Part shown: positions 1-10,395 of the stretch, piece after piece
How the letters are laid out: each line of letters opens with the position of its first letter
Position numbering within the stretch: position 1 is the stretch's first letter
Origin: Arcobacteraceae bacterium
GTDB taxonomy: Bacteria > Campylobacterota > Campylobacteria > Campylobacterales > Arcobacteraceae
Direction: 5' to 3'
Assembly (NCBI GenBank): GCA_048268245.1
Contig: JBLWVX010000002.1
Span: 1 to 64,000 of the forward strand
DNA length: 64,000 bases
Translations under genes and position numbers: made by a program
The notes under the pieces: generated by a model
Told to the model about the DNA's origin: nothing
Seen by the model: the letters and a program-made list of their open reading frames with translations, nothing else
Databases searched by the model: none

Positions 1-110
1 AAAAAAGACTTATATTATAAGTTTATCTTATATTCATTTTATATATTTTTAATATTTATTCCTTTATTATTTCAATATATAAGTTTGAATTATAGAAAGG
101 CAATTAGTTT

Positions 111-320
111 ATGTTATTAAAAAACTTTTTAAATATGTATATTGAAGGTTTTAAAAACCTAAAATTAGGTAAGACTCTTTGGAAACTAATACTTATAAAA
201 CTTGTAATTATTCTAGTATTTCTTAAATATCTTGTTTATGATGAGAACTTTAAAAACACATACAAAACTGAAGAAACAAAAATAGATTTTGTATATAAAA
301 ATATTACAAAGGATAAATAA
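111..320 (+). CDS. Small membrane protein preceding cydA (DUF4492-like)
   Basis: 69 aa, 'MYIEGFKNLKLGKTLWKLILIKL' plus one TM helix; stop overlaps cydA start (TAATG). Confidence 0.75.
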   Translation: MLLKNFLNMYIEGFKNLKLGKTLWKLILIKLVIILVFLKYLVYDENFKNTYKTEETKIDFVYKNITKDK

Positions 321-1846
321 TGGAAGAGCATTTAGTAGACTGGTCTAGAGCTCAATTTGCATTAACTGCAATATATCACTGGTTATTTGTGCCACTTACA
401 CTTGGACTTGGTTTTATTATTGCAATTATGGAAACAATCTATGTAAAAACAAATAGTGAATTTTGGAAAAAAACTACAAAATTTTGGATGACACTTTTTG
501 CCATAAATTTTGCTATTGGAGTTGCTACTGGAATTATTATGGAGTTTGAGTTTGGGACTAACTGGGCAAACTACTCTTGGTTTGTAGGAGATATATTTGG
601 AGCACCTTTAGCAGTTGAGGGAATTTTGGCTTTTTTTATGGAGTCAACTTTTTTTGCTGTGATGTTTTTTGGTTGGGATAAAGTATCTAAAGGTTTTCAT
701 TTACTATCAACTTGGTTAGTTGCAATTGGCTCAAATCTTAGTGCCTTATGGATTTTAGTTGCAAATGGTTGGATGCAATATCCAGTAGGAATGACTTTTA
801 ATCCAGATACAGTAAGAAATGAAATGAATAACTTTTGGGAAGTTCTATTTTCCCCTGTTGCAATCTCAAAGTTTTTACATACAATTTCTAGTGGCTATAT
901 AGTTGCATCACTATTTGTTGTTGGTATTTCTGCTTGGTATTTACTAAAAAAAAGAGAAATAGAATTTGCTAAAAAATCTATGATTATAGGAGCTACTTTT
1001 GGTTTGATTTCATCTATTTTTATTATAGTAAATGGAGATGAATCAGCTCATCAAGTAGCCCTTAAGCAACCAGTAAAACTAGCAGCAATGGAAGGACTTT
1101 ATGAAGGAAAAAAAGATGCTGGAATAGTTGCAGTTGGTATTTTAAATCCTAAGAAAACCCTTACAAATGATGAAGATACTTTTCTTCTTGAAATAGAAGC
1201 TCCTTATGCCCTATCACTTCTTGGATACCATAATATTCATGCTTTTGTTCCAGGACTTAAAGACTTAGTTTATGGAAATGAAAAGTATAATCTTATACCC
1301 ACTTCACAAAAAATGGCTCAAGGTAAAATAGCTATTCAAGCTTTAAAAAACTATAAAGAAGCAAAAAAGAATGATGACTTAATTGCTATGGCAAAATATG
1401 AAAAAATTCTAAATGAAAATATAAAATACTTTGGTTATGGTCACCTTGACAAACCAGAAGACATTGTACCTCCTGTGGGTATTACTTTTTATGCTTTCCA
1501 TATTATGGTAGCTCTTGGATCATGGTTTTTAGCACTATTTGCTTTACTATTATTCTTTGTTCTTAAAAAAGAGATTATAGAGTATAGATGGCTTTTAATA
1601 AGTGCAGTAGTTTCAATTCCTTTAGGATATATAGCAAGTGAAGCAGGATGGATTGTAGCTGAAGTTGGACGACAACCTTGGGCAATTCAAGACTTAATGC
1701 CTGTGGGAATTGCAGCAACTGATATTTCATCTACAAATGTAAAGATTACATTTTATATGTTTGCATTTTTATTTACTGCACTTTTAATAGCAGAGATAAA
1801 AATCATGCTGAGACAAATTTCAATTGGTCCAAATGGAGGTCATTAA
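320..1846 (+). CDS. cydA: Cytochrome bd ubiquinol/menaquinol oxidase subunit I
   Basis: [39 protein letters not shown] and GRQPW motifs. Confidence 0.97.
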   Translation: MEEHLVDWSRAQFALTAIYHWLFVPLTLGLGFIIAIMETIYVKTNSEFWKKTTKFWMTLFAINFAIGVATGIIMEFEFGTNWANYSWFVGDIFGAPLAVEGILAFFMESTFFAVMFFGWDKVSKGFHLLSTWLVAIGSNLSALWILVANGWMQYPVGMTFNPDTVRNEMNNFWEVLFSPVAISKFLHTISSGYIVASLFVVGISAWYLLKKREIEFAKKSMIIGATFGLISSIFIIVNGDESAHQVALKQPVKLAAMEGLYEGKKDAGIVAVGILNPKKTLTNDEDTFLLEIEAPYALSLLGYHNIHAFVPGLKDLVYGNEKYNLIPTSQKMAQGKIAIQALKNYKEAKKNDDLIAMAKYEKILNENIKYFGYGHLDKPEDIVPPVGITFYAFHIMVALGSWFLALFALLLFFVLKKEIIEYRWLLISAVVSIPLGYIASEAGWIVAEVGRQPWAIQDLMPVGIAATDISSTNVKITFYMFAFLFTALLIAEIKIMLRQISIGPNGGH

Positions 1847-1847
1847 C

Positions 1848-2981
1848 ATGTTTGAAGAATTAACACTACTACAATTACAACAATACTGGTGGATTATAAT
1901 CTCACTACTTGGTGGTATTTTTGGATTTATTATGTTTGTACAAGGTGGACAAACTTTATTTGGAACTATTTCAAAAGGGGATGAAACTCTAAAAACTATG
2001 CTTGTAAATTCACTTGGTAGAAAATGGGAACTTGGTTTTACAACTTTAGTTTTATTTGGAGGGGCTTTATTTGCAGCATTTCCTTTATTTTATTCTACTA
2101 GTTTTGGTGGGGCTTATTGGGTTTGGATGTCGATTTTATTTTGTTTTATTATTCAAGCTGTTTCTTATGAATATAGAAAAAAACCTCAAAACTTCTTAGG
2201 ACAAATAGTATATGAAAGCTTTTTATATATAAATGGAAGTTTAGGTGTTATTTTACTAGGTGTTGCTATTGCTACATTTTTTTCTGGTTCATCTTTTAGT
2301 GTAGATGAAAACAACTTTTCCCATTGGCATACAAATCTAAGGGGTCTTGAAGCTTTAACAGACCCATTTAATCTAAGTCTTGGCTTTGCCCTATTCTTTT
2401 TAGTTAGAATCTCAGGAGCTTTATATTTTATCAACAATATAGACCATGAAATTATTAAACAAAGAGCTATAAAAAGTATAAAAATTAATATGCCTATCTT
2501 TTTAGTTTTCTTTTCTATTTTTCTTTTTTTACTATTTACAAAAGAAGGTTTTGCTTATGATAGTGAGGGTTTTGTTTATTTAGCAAAATACAAATATTTA
2601 CATAACTTTTTAGAAATGCCTATAGTTTTTACTCTTTTTATTTTAGGAATTATTATGGTTGTAATAGCCGTTGTTGCAACTATTCACTTTAATATGACAT
2701 GTTGTATTAAAACTGGGGGATTAGGGATTGTTTTAACTGTAATGGCACTATTTTTAAATGTAGGTTTTAACAATACAGCCTATTATCCATCTATTTATGA
2801 CTTACAAAGCTCTCTAACTATAGAGAATAGCTCAGGTAGTCACTATACACTTACAACTATGTCTTATGTATCTTTGATGGTGCCTTTTGTAATAGCATAT
2901 ATTACTTATGTTTGGTATCAAATGGATAAAGTAAAAATTACAAAAGAGGAAATAGAAGATCCTCATGCACACAATTATTAG
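1848..2981 (+). CDS. cydB: Cytochrome bd oxidase subunit II
   Basis: Multi-TM; WELGFTTLVLFGGALFAAFP; start moved to ATG 1848 after GGAGG RBS. Confidence 0.95.
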   Translation: MFEELTLLQLQQYWWIIISLLGGIFGFIMFVQGGQTLFGTISKGDETLKTMLVNSLGRKWELGFTTLVLFGGALFAAFPLFYSTSFGGAYWVWMSILFCFIIQAVSYEYRKKPQNFLGQIVYESFLYINGSLGVILLGVAIATFFSGSSFSVDENNFSHWHTNLRGLEALTDPFNLSLGFALFFLVRISGALYFINNIDHEIIKQRAIKSIKINMPIFLVFFSIFLFLLFTKEGFAYDSEGFVYLAKYKYLHNFLEMPIVFTLFILGIIMVVIAVVATIHFNMTCCIKTGGLGIVLTVMALFLNVGFNNTAYYPSIYDLQSSLTIENSSGSHYTLTTMSYVSLMVPFVIAYITYVWYQMDKVKITKEEIEDPHAHNY

Positions 2982-2990
2982 GAGATTATT

Positions 2991-3086
2991 ATGGAGTATC
3001 TAAGTTCAATTATTTGGCTTTGTTCATGGCCTATAGTTATATATATAGCTTATAAATTATCATTAAGAAATATAAAGGAAAACTAA
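2991..3086 (+). CDS. 31-aa single-TM small protein, probable accessory subunit of cytochrome bd (CydX/CydY-like position)
   Basis: AGGAG RBS then MEYLSSIIWLCSWPIVIYIAYKLSLRNIKEN*; directly after cydB; absent from ORF track. Confidence 0.75.
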   Translation: MEYLSSIIWLCSWPIVIYIAYKLSLRNIKEN

Positions 3087-3218
3087 ATGATAAAGGCTAT
3101 GAAAAAAGGATTTGTTTATTTCCTTTTTATAATTATAGTAATAAATGTAGTTCAGGATTTAAATAAAGAAAATATAAAGGAGAAAACAAATGATAGTATT
3201 TCCACTAAAAACAAATAA
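3087..3218 (+). CDS. Possible 43-aa small membrane protein
   Basis: AAGGA RBS; ATG abuts previous stop; MIKAMKKGFVYFLFIIIVINVVQDLNKENIKEKTNDSISTKNK*; overlaps next gene by 29 nt. Confidence 0.35.
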   Translation: MIKAMKKGFVYFLFIIIVINVVQDLNKENIKEKTNDSISTKNK

Positions 3219-3564
3219 AAAAGATAGTGCTATTTCCCCTCTATTTGGGAAAGCAAAATATTTTGCTTTTTATGATGGCATAAATTTACAAATTGAAAAA
3301 AATGAGTTAAATTCAGGTTCAAAGCTTATTGATTGGTTTGTATCAAAAAATGTAGATAAAATAGTTATAAAAGAGATGGGAAGTTCACCTTACGAAAAAA
3401 TCAAAAAGACTAATATAGAGATTTTTTATGCAGGAGATGAAAGAATCACAAGTGAAGAACTAATAAATAAAATAAATGCCCAATCACTACAAAAACTTAA
3501 AGAAGAACAAATAAAAGAGATTATCAAAAAGCATAAAAACTCTCACAAACATTCTTCACATTAA
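3190..3564 (+). CDS. NifB/NifX (dinitrogenase FeMo-cofactor-binding) family protein
   Basis: ISPLFGKAKYFAFYD, 'VDKIVIKEMG' pattern; His-rich C-terminal tail. Confidence 0.75.
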   Translation: MIVFPLKTNKKDSAISPLFGKAKYFAFYDGINLQIEKNELNSGSKLIDWFVSKNVDKIVIKEMGSSPYEKIKKTNIEIFYAGDERITSEELINKINAQSLQKLKEEQIKEIIKKHKNSHKHSSH

Positions 3565-3567
3565 AGA

Positions 3568-4614
3568 CTAGAGTTTATCTAGTCTTTGTTGTAAAAAGTT
3601 TTTCACTTCTTCATAATGTATTGTTTCTTTAAAAGTATCAAACTTAGCACCAGAAGCATTTACATGACCTCCACCATTTGCTAATTTTTGAGCCATAAGC
3701 GAAACATCTACTTTTCCATCTGCTCTAAATGAAGCATTTCCTTTTCTTCCAATATCAATGAAAAAATCATAATCAGGATTTGCTTTCAAAAAAGCATTTG
3801 CTGGTATTGAAATTGAACCTAAACAATAAGTTAATAAACCTTTATGTCCATTGTAAGTAACTGTAAGTTGTTCTTTTATATCTGCAAGTGTTTTGACTAA
3901 ATATTTTGCACTTAAGTTATCTAAAGTATCATCTTTTTTATCAAGCATTAAAAACTCTTTTTTGAAAGAGTGGACTTGATTATCAAGCTTAATATTTCCA
4001 TCTTTTTCATTTATGAAATCAATCGCTTTTTTAAGTAAAAAGATTCTGTATTCTCTATTTAAGTCTGCAAAAAGAACATTGTTTATTTCTCTTGCTTTAC
4101 TAACCATTGACATTAAAACTTTTCCAAATTCAAAGTTTTTATGCTGGTCTTCTAGCCAAATATCAATAGCATTTATTGCATCAACTAAAGGCTTCATCCA
4201 AGCACTTGTATCACATACAAAACCATCATACTCTTCAAACATATAATCATATACTATTTTTGTAGCACATCTACTTGTGTCTAAATAGTACCAATGAAAT
4301 TTATCAGCACTTTTTTGACCAGTAGCATGATGGTCTAAAAGTTGAAGCTTAATATTATATCCATCTTTTATTAGTTTATCTACATCTTTATCTAAGTCTT
4401 TAGATTCTTGAAATGTTAGGTTTAAATCACTAATTAAAAATAGAATCTCTTCATCTTTATACTCTTGTATTTGGTCTAGTACTTTTTTTATACATAACTT
4501 TACTTCTAAACCATAATTAGCATTATAGAAAAAACCTTCTTTAAAATACTCTTTTGTAACTAAATGACAGCCATAACCATCTAAATCATTATGAGAAATA
4601 TGAAATAGCATCAT
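3568..4614 (-). CDS. DHH/DHHA1 family phosphoesterase
   Basis: HNDLDG, LLDHH and GGGHVNASG motifs. Confidence 0.9.
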   Translation of the reverse strand: MMLFHISHNDLDGYGCHLVTKEYFKEGFFYNANYGLEVKLCIKKVLDQIQEYKDEEILFLISDLNLTFQESKDLDKDVDKLIKDGYNIKLQLLDHHATGQKSADKFHWYYLDTSRCATKIVYDYMFEEYDGFVCDTSAWMKPLVDAINAIDIWLEDQHKNFEFGKVLMSMVSKAREINNVLFADLNREYRIFLLKKAIDFINEKDGNIKLDNQVHSFKKEFLMLDKKDDTLDNLSAKYLVKTLADIKEQLTVTYNGHKGLLTYCLGSISIPANAFLKANPDYDFFIDIGRKGNASFRADGKVDVSLMAQKLANGGGHVNASGAKFDTFKETIHYEEVKNFLQQRLDKL

Positions 4615-5012
4615 GAAGCAATATCTTTTAATGTAAGTTCTTCAAGGAAACCATTTATTTTTGATTGAAGATTATTTAGAAGAGGCCATATTGTACATAG
4701 CATACCTTTTTGACTTGGGCAACTATTTATTGAAGGTGCACACTCAAAAACTGATGGTATTTTTTCCTCTGCTGCAGTTGTGATTTCTAATATTGTAATC
4801 TCATCCCATGATTTTTTAAGAGCAAAACCACCATTTACACCCCTATGTGATATTACTAAGTCATGTTTTGCAAGGTTTTGCATAATTTTTGCTAAAAATG
4901 ATTTTGAAATGTCTAATTCTTTTGATAATACATCTACATTCTTTGGGTTTTCACTTTTTGCAATTGAAATCAAAGAAAGTAAAGCATATTCACTTTTTTT
5001 TGTTAATAACAT
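4611..5012 (-). CDS. Rrf2 family transcriptional regulator
   Basis: LTKKSEYAL, SHRGVNGGFAL wing motif; three C-terminal Cys. Confidence 0.9.
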   Translation of the reverse strand: MLLTKKSEYALLSLISIAKSENPKNVDVLSKELDISKSFLAKIMQNLAKHDLVISHRGVNGGFALKKSWDEITILEITTAAEEKIPSVFECAPSINSCPSQKGMLCTIWPLLNNLQSKINGFLEELTLKDIAS

Positions 5013-5123
5013 TTTTATCCTGATATTTTTTATTATTTGTATTTTACTAGAAGTATGGTTAAGATAAGTTATTATGAAGTGTTAAAAATGATAATTAGTA
5101 TTTGTTTTAGTTTTAAAAAGACC

Positions 5124-5159
5124 AAAAAAAAGGTCACAAGCTAAGTTGTGACCTTTTTT
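5124..5159 (-). terminator. Intrinsic terminator after rpsO
   Basis: AGGTCACAA-gctaag-TTGTGACCT hairpin flanked by A and T runs. Confidence 0.85.
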
Positions 5160-5180
5160 AAAATTTATTAAATAGACTAA

Positions 5181-5453
5181 TTACTTAGCTCTAATTCCTA
5201 ATGAAGCTACTAATTCAGTAAATTCAGTGTAAGATTTAGCTTTTAAGTATTTTAATAATCTTTTTCTTTTTCCAACCATTTTTAAAAGACCTAATCTTGA
5301 AGAGTGATCTTTCTTATTGATTTTTAAGTGCTCAGTTAATACTTTGATTTGCTCTGTTAAAATTGCAATTTGAACTTGCGCTGAACCTGTATCACCTTCT
5401 TTTTTTGCATACTTTGCTACAATACTTGCTTTTACGTCCTGATCTAAAGCCAT
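5181..5453 (-). CDS. rpsO: 30S ribosomal protein S15
   Basis: [43 protein letters not shown]. Confidence 0.98.
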   Translation of the reverse strand: MALDQDVKASIVAKYAKKEGDTGSAQVQIAILTEQIKVLTEHLKINKKDHSSRLGLLKMVGKRKRLLKYLKAKSYTEFTELVASLGIRAK

Positions 5454-5558
5454 CATGACCTCCTAATAGGTATATTTATTTTCACTTCCAAATTAAAGTG
5501 GTCGCGAATTATACTAAGTTTAAATTAAACTTAGTTTAACTTTTTAAAAGAATTGGGT

Positions 5559-6086
5559 TTATTTTCCCATTTCTTTTAAATATTTTTCATATTTAATATC
5601 TTCAAGCTTAACAGCTTTAGTTTCAACTTCTTTTCTCATTTGTTTTTTGTACTCAGAGATTTTCTTTCTAACTTCTTTAGATTTTACTCCAATAGTTTGT
5701 GCTGCTAAAATTCCAGCATTTTTAGAATTGTTTATAGCAACTGTTGATACAGGAACTCCTCCTGGCATTTGAACAATAGATAATAGTGAATCTAATCCAC
5801 TTAAAGAAGAAGTTTTTACAGGAACTCCAATAACAGGTAAAGCTGTTAATGATGCAACCATTCCAGGTAAGTGAGCAGCCCCACCAGCTCCTGCAATAAT
5901 AGCTCTTAATCCTCTTTTTTCAGCTTTTTTAGAATACTCAAAAAGTTTCTCAGGTGTTCTGTGTGCAGAAACAATTGTTAATTCATACTCAATCCCAAAA
6001 AATTCTAACATTTTTGCTGCATCTTGCATTACAGGTAAGTCTGAATCACTCCCCATAATAATTCCAACTAATGGTTTTTTACTCAT
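5559..6086 (-). CDS. purE: N5-CAIR mutase
   Basis: [36 protein letters not shown]. Confidence 0.97.
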   Translation of the reverse strand: MSKKPLVGIIMGSDSDLPVMQDAAKMLEFFGIEYELTIVSAHRTPEKLFEYSKKAEKRGLRAIIAGAGGAAHLPGMVASLTALPVIGVPVKTSSLSGLDSLLSIVQMPGGVPVSTVAINNSKNAGILAAQTIGVKSKEVRKKISEYKKQMRKEVETKAVKLEDIKYEKYLKEMGK

Positions 6087-7234
6087 ACTTTTTTGCTCCC
6101 TTTAATTTTTAAAATTTCTTTTGCTTTCTCAACTTTTTCTAAAGCCCCATCTACACAATCATCTAAAACTGTTATGTGTCCCATTTTTCTAAATGGTTTT
6201 GTCTCTTTCTTAGAGTAGAAGTGGAAAGATAAACCATCAATTTCTAAGGCATCATGAATACCTTCAATTACAGGTTCACCTCTAAACCCTTCTTCTCCAA
6301 GTAAATTCACCATTGCAGCAGGCGAAATTAATTTTGTTGAACCTAATGGTAGGTTTGTTACAGCTCTAATAATTTGTTCAAACTGTGAAGTAGCACATGC
6401 TTCAACTGTATAATGTCCTGAGTTATGAGGTCTTGGAGCAATTTCATTTACTAAAAGCTCATCATTATTTGTTAAGAATAATTCAACACCAAAAATACCA
6501 ACACCATCTAAAGCTTCGATAGAATCAATAGCCATTTGTCTTGATTCTTCTTCAATTTTAGTATCAATTTTTGCAGGTGCGATTACAATATCACAAATAT
6601 TTACTCTATCATCAAATAGCATTTCAACTACTGGATAACATGCAATTTGACCTTCAATATTTCTTGAAACCATAACAGCTAATTCTTTTTTGATATCAAC
6701 TAATTCTTCAATAAAAGTCTCACCTGGTAGTGCATTTTTTAAATCTTCTTTATCTTTTAATAATGTAACACCTTTACCATCATATCCACCTTTTCTAGCT
6801 TTTTGAATGATTGGTAAACCAAAGCTTTCTAAATCTGCAGGAGTTTCTACATTTTTATATTTTGGAACAGGAATGCCTTTTTTATCTAAAAATTCTTTTT
6901 GTTTAAATTTATCTTGAATTAATTCGATTAAATAAGGTGATGGATGGATATTATTATCCTCATCATAAAGTTTTTTTAATACAGATGTATCAACATGTTC
7001 TAGCTCAAATGTAGTTACATCACTATCTTTTACAATTTGTTCAAGTTTTTCTTTATCAAAAAAACCTCCAACTATTTGTTTATCAGAAACTTGAGCTGCT
7101 GGACAGTCAAGTGTAGGATCAAGTATAGTTACATGAAACCCCATCTTTTTAGCTTTAACTGCCATGATTTTACCAAGTTGTCCACCACCAATAATTCCTA
7201 ATTTTAAATTAGAATAGTTAAAATCTTTAGTCAT
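6083..7234 (-). CDS. purK: N5-CAIR synthetase (ATP-grasp)
   Basis: [32 protein letters not shown]. Confidence 0.96.
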   Translation of the reverse strand: MTKDFNYSNLKLGIIGGGQLGKIMAVKAKKMGFHVTILDPTLDCPAAQVSDKQIVGGFFDKEKLEQIVKDSDVTTFELEHVDTSVLKKLYDEDNNIHPSPYLIELIQDKFKQKEFLDKKGIPVPKYKNVETPADLESFGLPIIQKARKGGYDGKGVTLLKDKEDLKNALPGETFIEELVDIKKELAVMVSRNIEGQIACYPVVEMLFDDRVNICDIVIAPAKIDTKIEEESRQMAIDSIEALDGVGIFGVELFLTNNDELLVNEIAPRPHNSGHYTVEACATSQFEQIIRAVTNLPLGSTKLISPAAMVNLLGEEGFRGEPVIEGIHDALEIDGLSFHFYSKKETKPFRKMGHITVLDDCVDGALEKVEKAKEILKIKGSKKV

Positions 7235-7333
7235 TCTTCCCTCTTTTATGTCTGTAAAACTCTAAATATTATAAATAAAGCCTTCATATATAGTCGTGAT
7301 TATATCTAGTTTTTTCTATATTTCTTCTTTGGT

Positions 7334-7691
7334 ACACAAGTACTTGAAATCATAAAAAACAGTTAATGTCTGATTTACCATATCTTGAAAATCCTACATA
7401 AATATTTTTACAAATCGCAAACTATGATCTTTTCAAAGAGTTTTATTCAGAAACTTTAATACATACTTTAGAGTTTGAGTTTAAACAAGTAATCTTAAAC
7501 TATTTCCCTTATGATTTTAATCTAAAAAAATTTACAATTTAAATAACAATCTTTTTGTATTTCTAAAAAATGAAAAATTAAAACAGTAGCTTAAGTTTGT
7601 AGGAAAAGATGATGTATTACAAAAAATAAAAGAATTAGGAATAGACTATTCTCAAGGATACTTCTTAGGAGAGCCTAAAAGACTCTTCTAA
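7334..7691 (+). pseudogene. Remnant of a GGDEF-like/EAL gene with in-frame stop, frameshifts and a large internal deletion
   Basis: Manual translation gives HKKQLMSDLPYLENPT*IFLQIANYDLFKEFY... and IKTVA/FVGKDDVLQKIKELGIDYSQGYFLGEPKRLF*, matching two separate segments of the intact 32523..34505 protein. Confidence 0.85.
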
Positions 7692-7693
7692 AC

Positions 7694-8665
7694 TTATCCA
7701 CCTGTTTGATAAAAAGCTCTTGATGACACTTCATTATCATCTTTAACAGACCATTTGTTTTTTTCAGGTTTATTCTCTAAAACTTTTTTTAGTATTGCTG
7801 CAGCTTCATCAATTTTATTAGCTCTTACTGCATCTTTTATACTCATAGCATCCTCAAAATATAAACATGGAATTAAATACCCCTCAGCAGTTAATCTAAT
7901 TCTATTACATGCTGAACAGAAATCATCTTTGTGTGGTTCAATAATACCAAACTCATATCCATCTTCAAGTTTATAATATTGTGCTGGAGAACTTGTATCT
8001 CTTGGTACTATCTCAAAATTTTCATATTTTTTTGATATTCTGGCTTTAATTTCATCTGAGTTTAAACCTTTTGCACCATCTTTTGCATGATGATTTTCCA
8101 TAAATTCTATAAATCTTACAGTATAACCTTTTTCTTTACAGAACTCCAATACTTCAAGAACATCATCATCATTTATCCCCTTAATAGGAACACAATTTAT
8201 TTTTATTTTTAAGTCTGCATCATCTGCTGCTTGAATTCCTTTTAAAACTGTTTCAAGAACATTTTTTTGTGCAATTTTAGAAGCGACATCAGGTTTTAAA
8301 GAGTCTAGTGAAACATTAATTCTTTTTAAACCTGCATCTTTTAACTTTTGTGCTACTTTTGGAAGTAGAAAACCATTTGTAGTTAAAGCTAGATCTATAT
8401 CCTTTTTATAATCATAAACCATTTTTATAAATTCATCTAAACCCTCTCTAAGAAGAGGTTCACCACCTGTGATTCTTACTTTCTTTATTCCTTCGTCAAT
8501 TGCAACTTTTATAAATTTAAATAAATCTTCATACGAAAGTAAATTCTCTTTTGGAACCCAAGAAAAAGGTTTTTCTGGCATACAATATTGACATCTAAAA
8601 TTACATCTTTCTGTAACTGAGACTCTTAAATAATCTACTTTTCTTCCAAATCCATCAATTAACAT
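7694..8665 (-). CDS. moaA: GTP 3',8-cyclase (molybdenum cofactor biosynthesis)
   Basis: CNFRCQYC radical SAM motif, [12 protein letters not shown]-terminal GG. Confidence 0.97.
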   Translation of the reverse strand: MLIDGFGRKVDYLRVSVTERCNFRCQYCMPEKPFSWVPKENLLSYEDLFKFIKVAIDEGIKKVRITGGEPLLREGLDEFIKMVYDYKKDIDLALTTNGFLLPKVAQKLKDAGLKRINVSLDSLKPDVASKIAQKNVLETVLKGIQAADDADLKIKINCVPIKGINDDDVLEVLEFCKEKGYTVRFIEFMENHHAKDGAKGLNSDEIKARISKKYENFEIVPRDTSSPAQYYKLEDGYEFGIIEPHKDDFCSACNRIRLTAEGYLIPCLYFEDAMSIKDAVRANKIDEAAAILKKVLENKPEKNKWSVKDDNEVSSRAFYQTGG

Positions 8666-8724
8666 TTTCTTATCCTAAAATTTCTATGGTTGAAGCATAA
8701 TATAATTTCCCTTAAAAGGTAAAA

Positions 8725-9642
8725 TTAATTTAACCTTTCCCAAGCCTCATCTAAAGTTTTTACTCTATTTGAGAATACTAAATATAAAGCAACGTTAAAC
8801 TTTGCTAACTTTAATATTTCTTCATCTGGGTTCTTAACTATATTTAAAGCTTCATTTAAAGTGATTTTGTCAAATTCTTTCTCATAAAAAACACCATAAT
8901 TTTTTAAATCAAAAGATGTTTCTACAATTTCATTTTCAACTTTTCTCCAAAACTTCCCATTTTTAAATACCTCAGGACTACCTTCACTTGCTTTTACTAC
9001 AATAACTTCTTTAAAATCCTCTTCAAAAATATCTAAATATTTTTGAACATATGGTTTATGAAATGCTGTTGTCACACCATATTCACTTAGACCTGGATTT
9101 AAAAGCTTTTCAACTGTATTAAAAGCTGTTCTAAGTCCTAATTCATGTCTCAAAGTTGTCAAATCACTCAACTTATTTAAGTATTCTACCCTATTAAAGT
9201 AGAATAAAAATCGACCTAGGTCAAGATTTTCAAATATTTCTTTAGTTGTCAATCCATTTTTTGCAGGTTGTACAAAATCTCCCGAAATAACTAGGTTTAA
9301 TTTTCTTATATCTTTGTTCTTTTGATAAAACTCTTCAAGAATATTTTCAAATAATGGAAATAAAAATGGGTTTTTAACTCTACCATCAAATGAATACCCA
9401 AGTTCCATTGAGTCCTCAACTTTTTTTGGAGTCATAAAAGACTTAAGAGCTTTTACAGTTCCTTTTAACTCACCTATAGTTTCAAACTTTGTTCTCCATG
9501 CTACTAAGAAAGCTCCTATTTGAGCATCTGTAACATCCCTATTTAATATTAATTTAATTGCATCAATAATTTCATCTTGTTCAAGTTCTCTATTACCTTT
9601 AGGGCCTGTTCCAACTGCTTTTATATATTTTTTAAAACTCAT
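8725..9642 (-). CDS. YbiB/TrpD2-like protein (glycosyltransferase family 3 helical bundle)
   Basis: FKKYIKAVGTGPKGNREL, AQIGAFLVAWR, LRHELGLRTAFNTVEKLLNP; start placed at ATG 9642 behind AAGG. Confidence 0.75.
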   Translation of the reverse strand: MSFKKYIKAVGTGPKGNRELEQDEIIDAIKLILNRDVTDAQIGAFLVAWRTKFETIGELKGTVKALKSFMTPKKVEDSMELGYSFDGRVKNPFLFPLFENILEEFYQKNKDIRKLNLVISGDFVQPAKNGLTTKEIFENLDLGRFLFYFNRVEYLNKLSDLTTLRHELGLRTAFNTVEKLLNPGLSEYGVTTAFHKPYVQKYLDIFEEDFKEVIVVKASEGSPEVFKNGKFWRKVENEIVETSFDLKNYGVFYEKEFDKITLNEALNIVKNPDEEILKLAKFNVALYLVFSNRVKTLDEAWERLN

Positions 9643-9729
9643 TTTATACCTTATAAATATCTCATTTAATTTATTTTTTTTGTAGGATAATATACAATAG
9701 CTTAAATCTAACAAATTAAAAGGTCTAAC

Positions 9730-10395
9730 TTGAGAATACAAGAAACCATCTCAAAAATAAGTTTTTTTAATAGTTTAAATGATGAACAAATAGATGAAAT
9801 GTCATCTATTTCAAATGTAATAAACTACCCTAAAGACTCCATTTTATACTATGAAAGTGATTCTTTAAACAATTTACTTTTTTTAGTAAAAGGTTTAATC
9901 AAAATATATAAAGTTGATAAATTTGATAATGAGATTTTTTTATATCATATCTATGAAAACTCAATGATTTCAGAACTAACTTCATTAAGAAATGATCAAA
10001 TCTACTGTTTTTCAAATGCAGAGTTTATTGAAGATTCAGCTATTTTATCTATTGATTTTAAAAAGTTTCAAGAACTTTTTTTATCAAAGAATATTTTAAC
10101 TATGAACTTAATGGAAACCCTTCTAGAAAAAACACATCAATTACAATGTATAGTAAATAGAGAACTGGTATTTGATGCAACTGCAAAAGTTGCATTTATG
10201 TTAAACCAAGACCTTGAAATGTTTAACAAACTAAAAAGACAAGAAGTTTCATTTATGTTACATATTCAACCTGAAACACTATCTAGAGTATTAAAAAGAT
10301 TAGTTAGAAATGAAACTATAGAAATAGAAAGTGGAAAAGTGAAAATCATAAATAAAGAAGAATTAATATCTACTTTTAGAGGAGTAGGAGTATGA
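9730..10395 (+). CDS. Crp/Fnr family transcriptional regulator
   Basis: cNMP-binding-fold N-terminus; HTH 'QPETLSRVL' (ExxSR); no N-terminal FNR Cys cluster. Confidence 0.92.
   Translation: MRIQETISKISFFNSLNDEQIDEMSSISNVINYPKDSILYYESDSLNNLLFLVKGLIKIYKVDKFDNEIFLYHIYENSMISELTSLRNDQIYCFSNAEFIEDSAILSIDFKKFQELFLSKNILTMNLMETLLEKTHQLQCIVNRELVFDATAKVAFMLNQDLEMFNKLKRQEVSFMLHIQPETLSRVLKRLVRNETIEIESGKVKIINKEELISTFRGVGV

Noticed and set aside
8..22. ACTTATA-T-TATAAGT palindrome upstream of the cyd operon
   Set aside because: Almost all A/T, at the window edge, with no matching second site; may be chance
1824..1847. Tracked TTG start of cydB
   Set aside because: Overlaps the cydA end; the ATG at 1848 has a GGAGG RBS
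9643..9741. N-terminal extension of the YbiB-like ORF
   Set aside because: Spans the divergent promoter and overlaps crp; family similarity begins at ATG 9642
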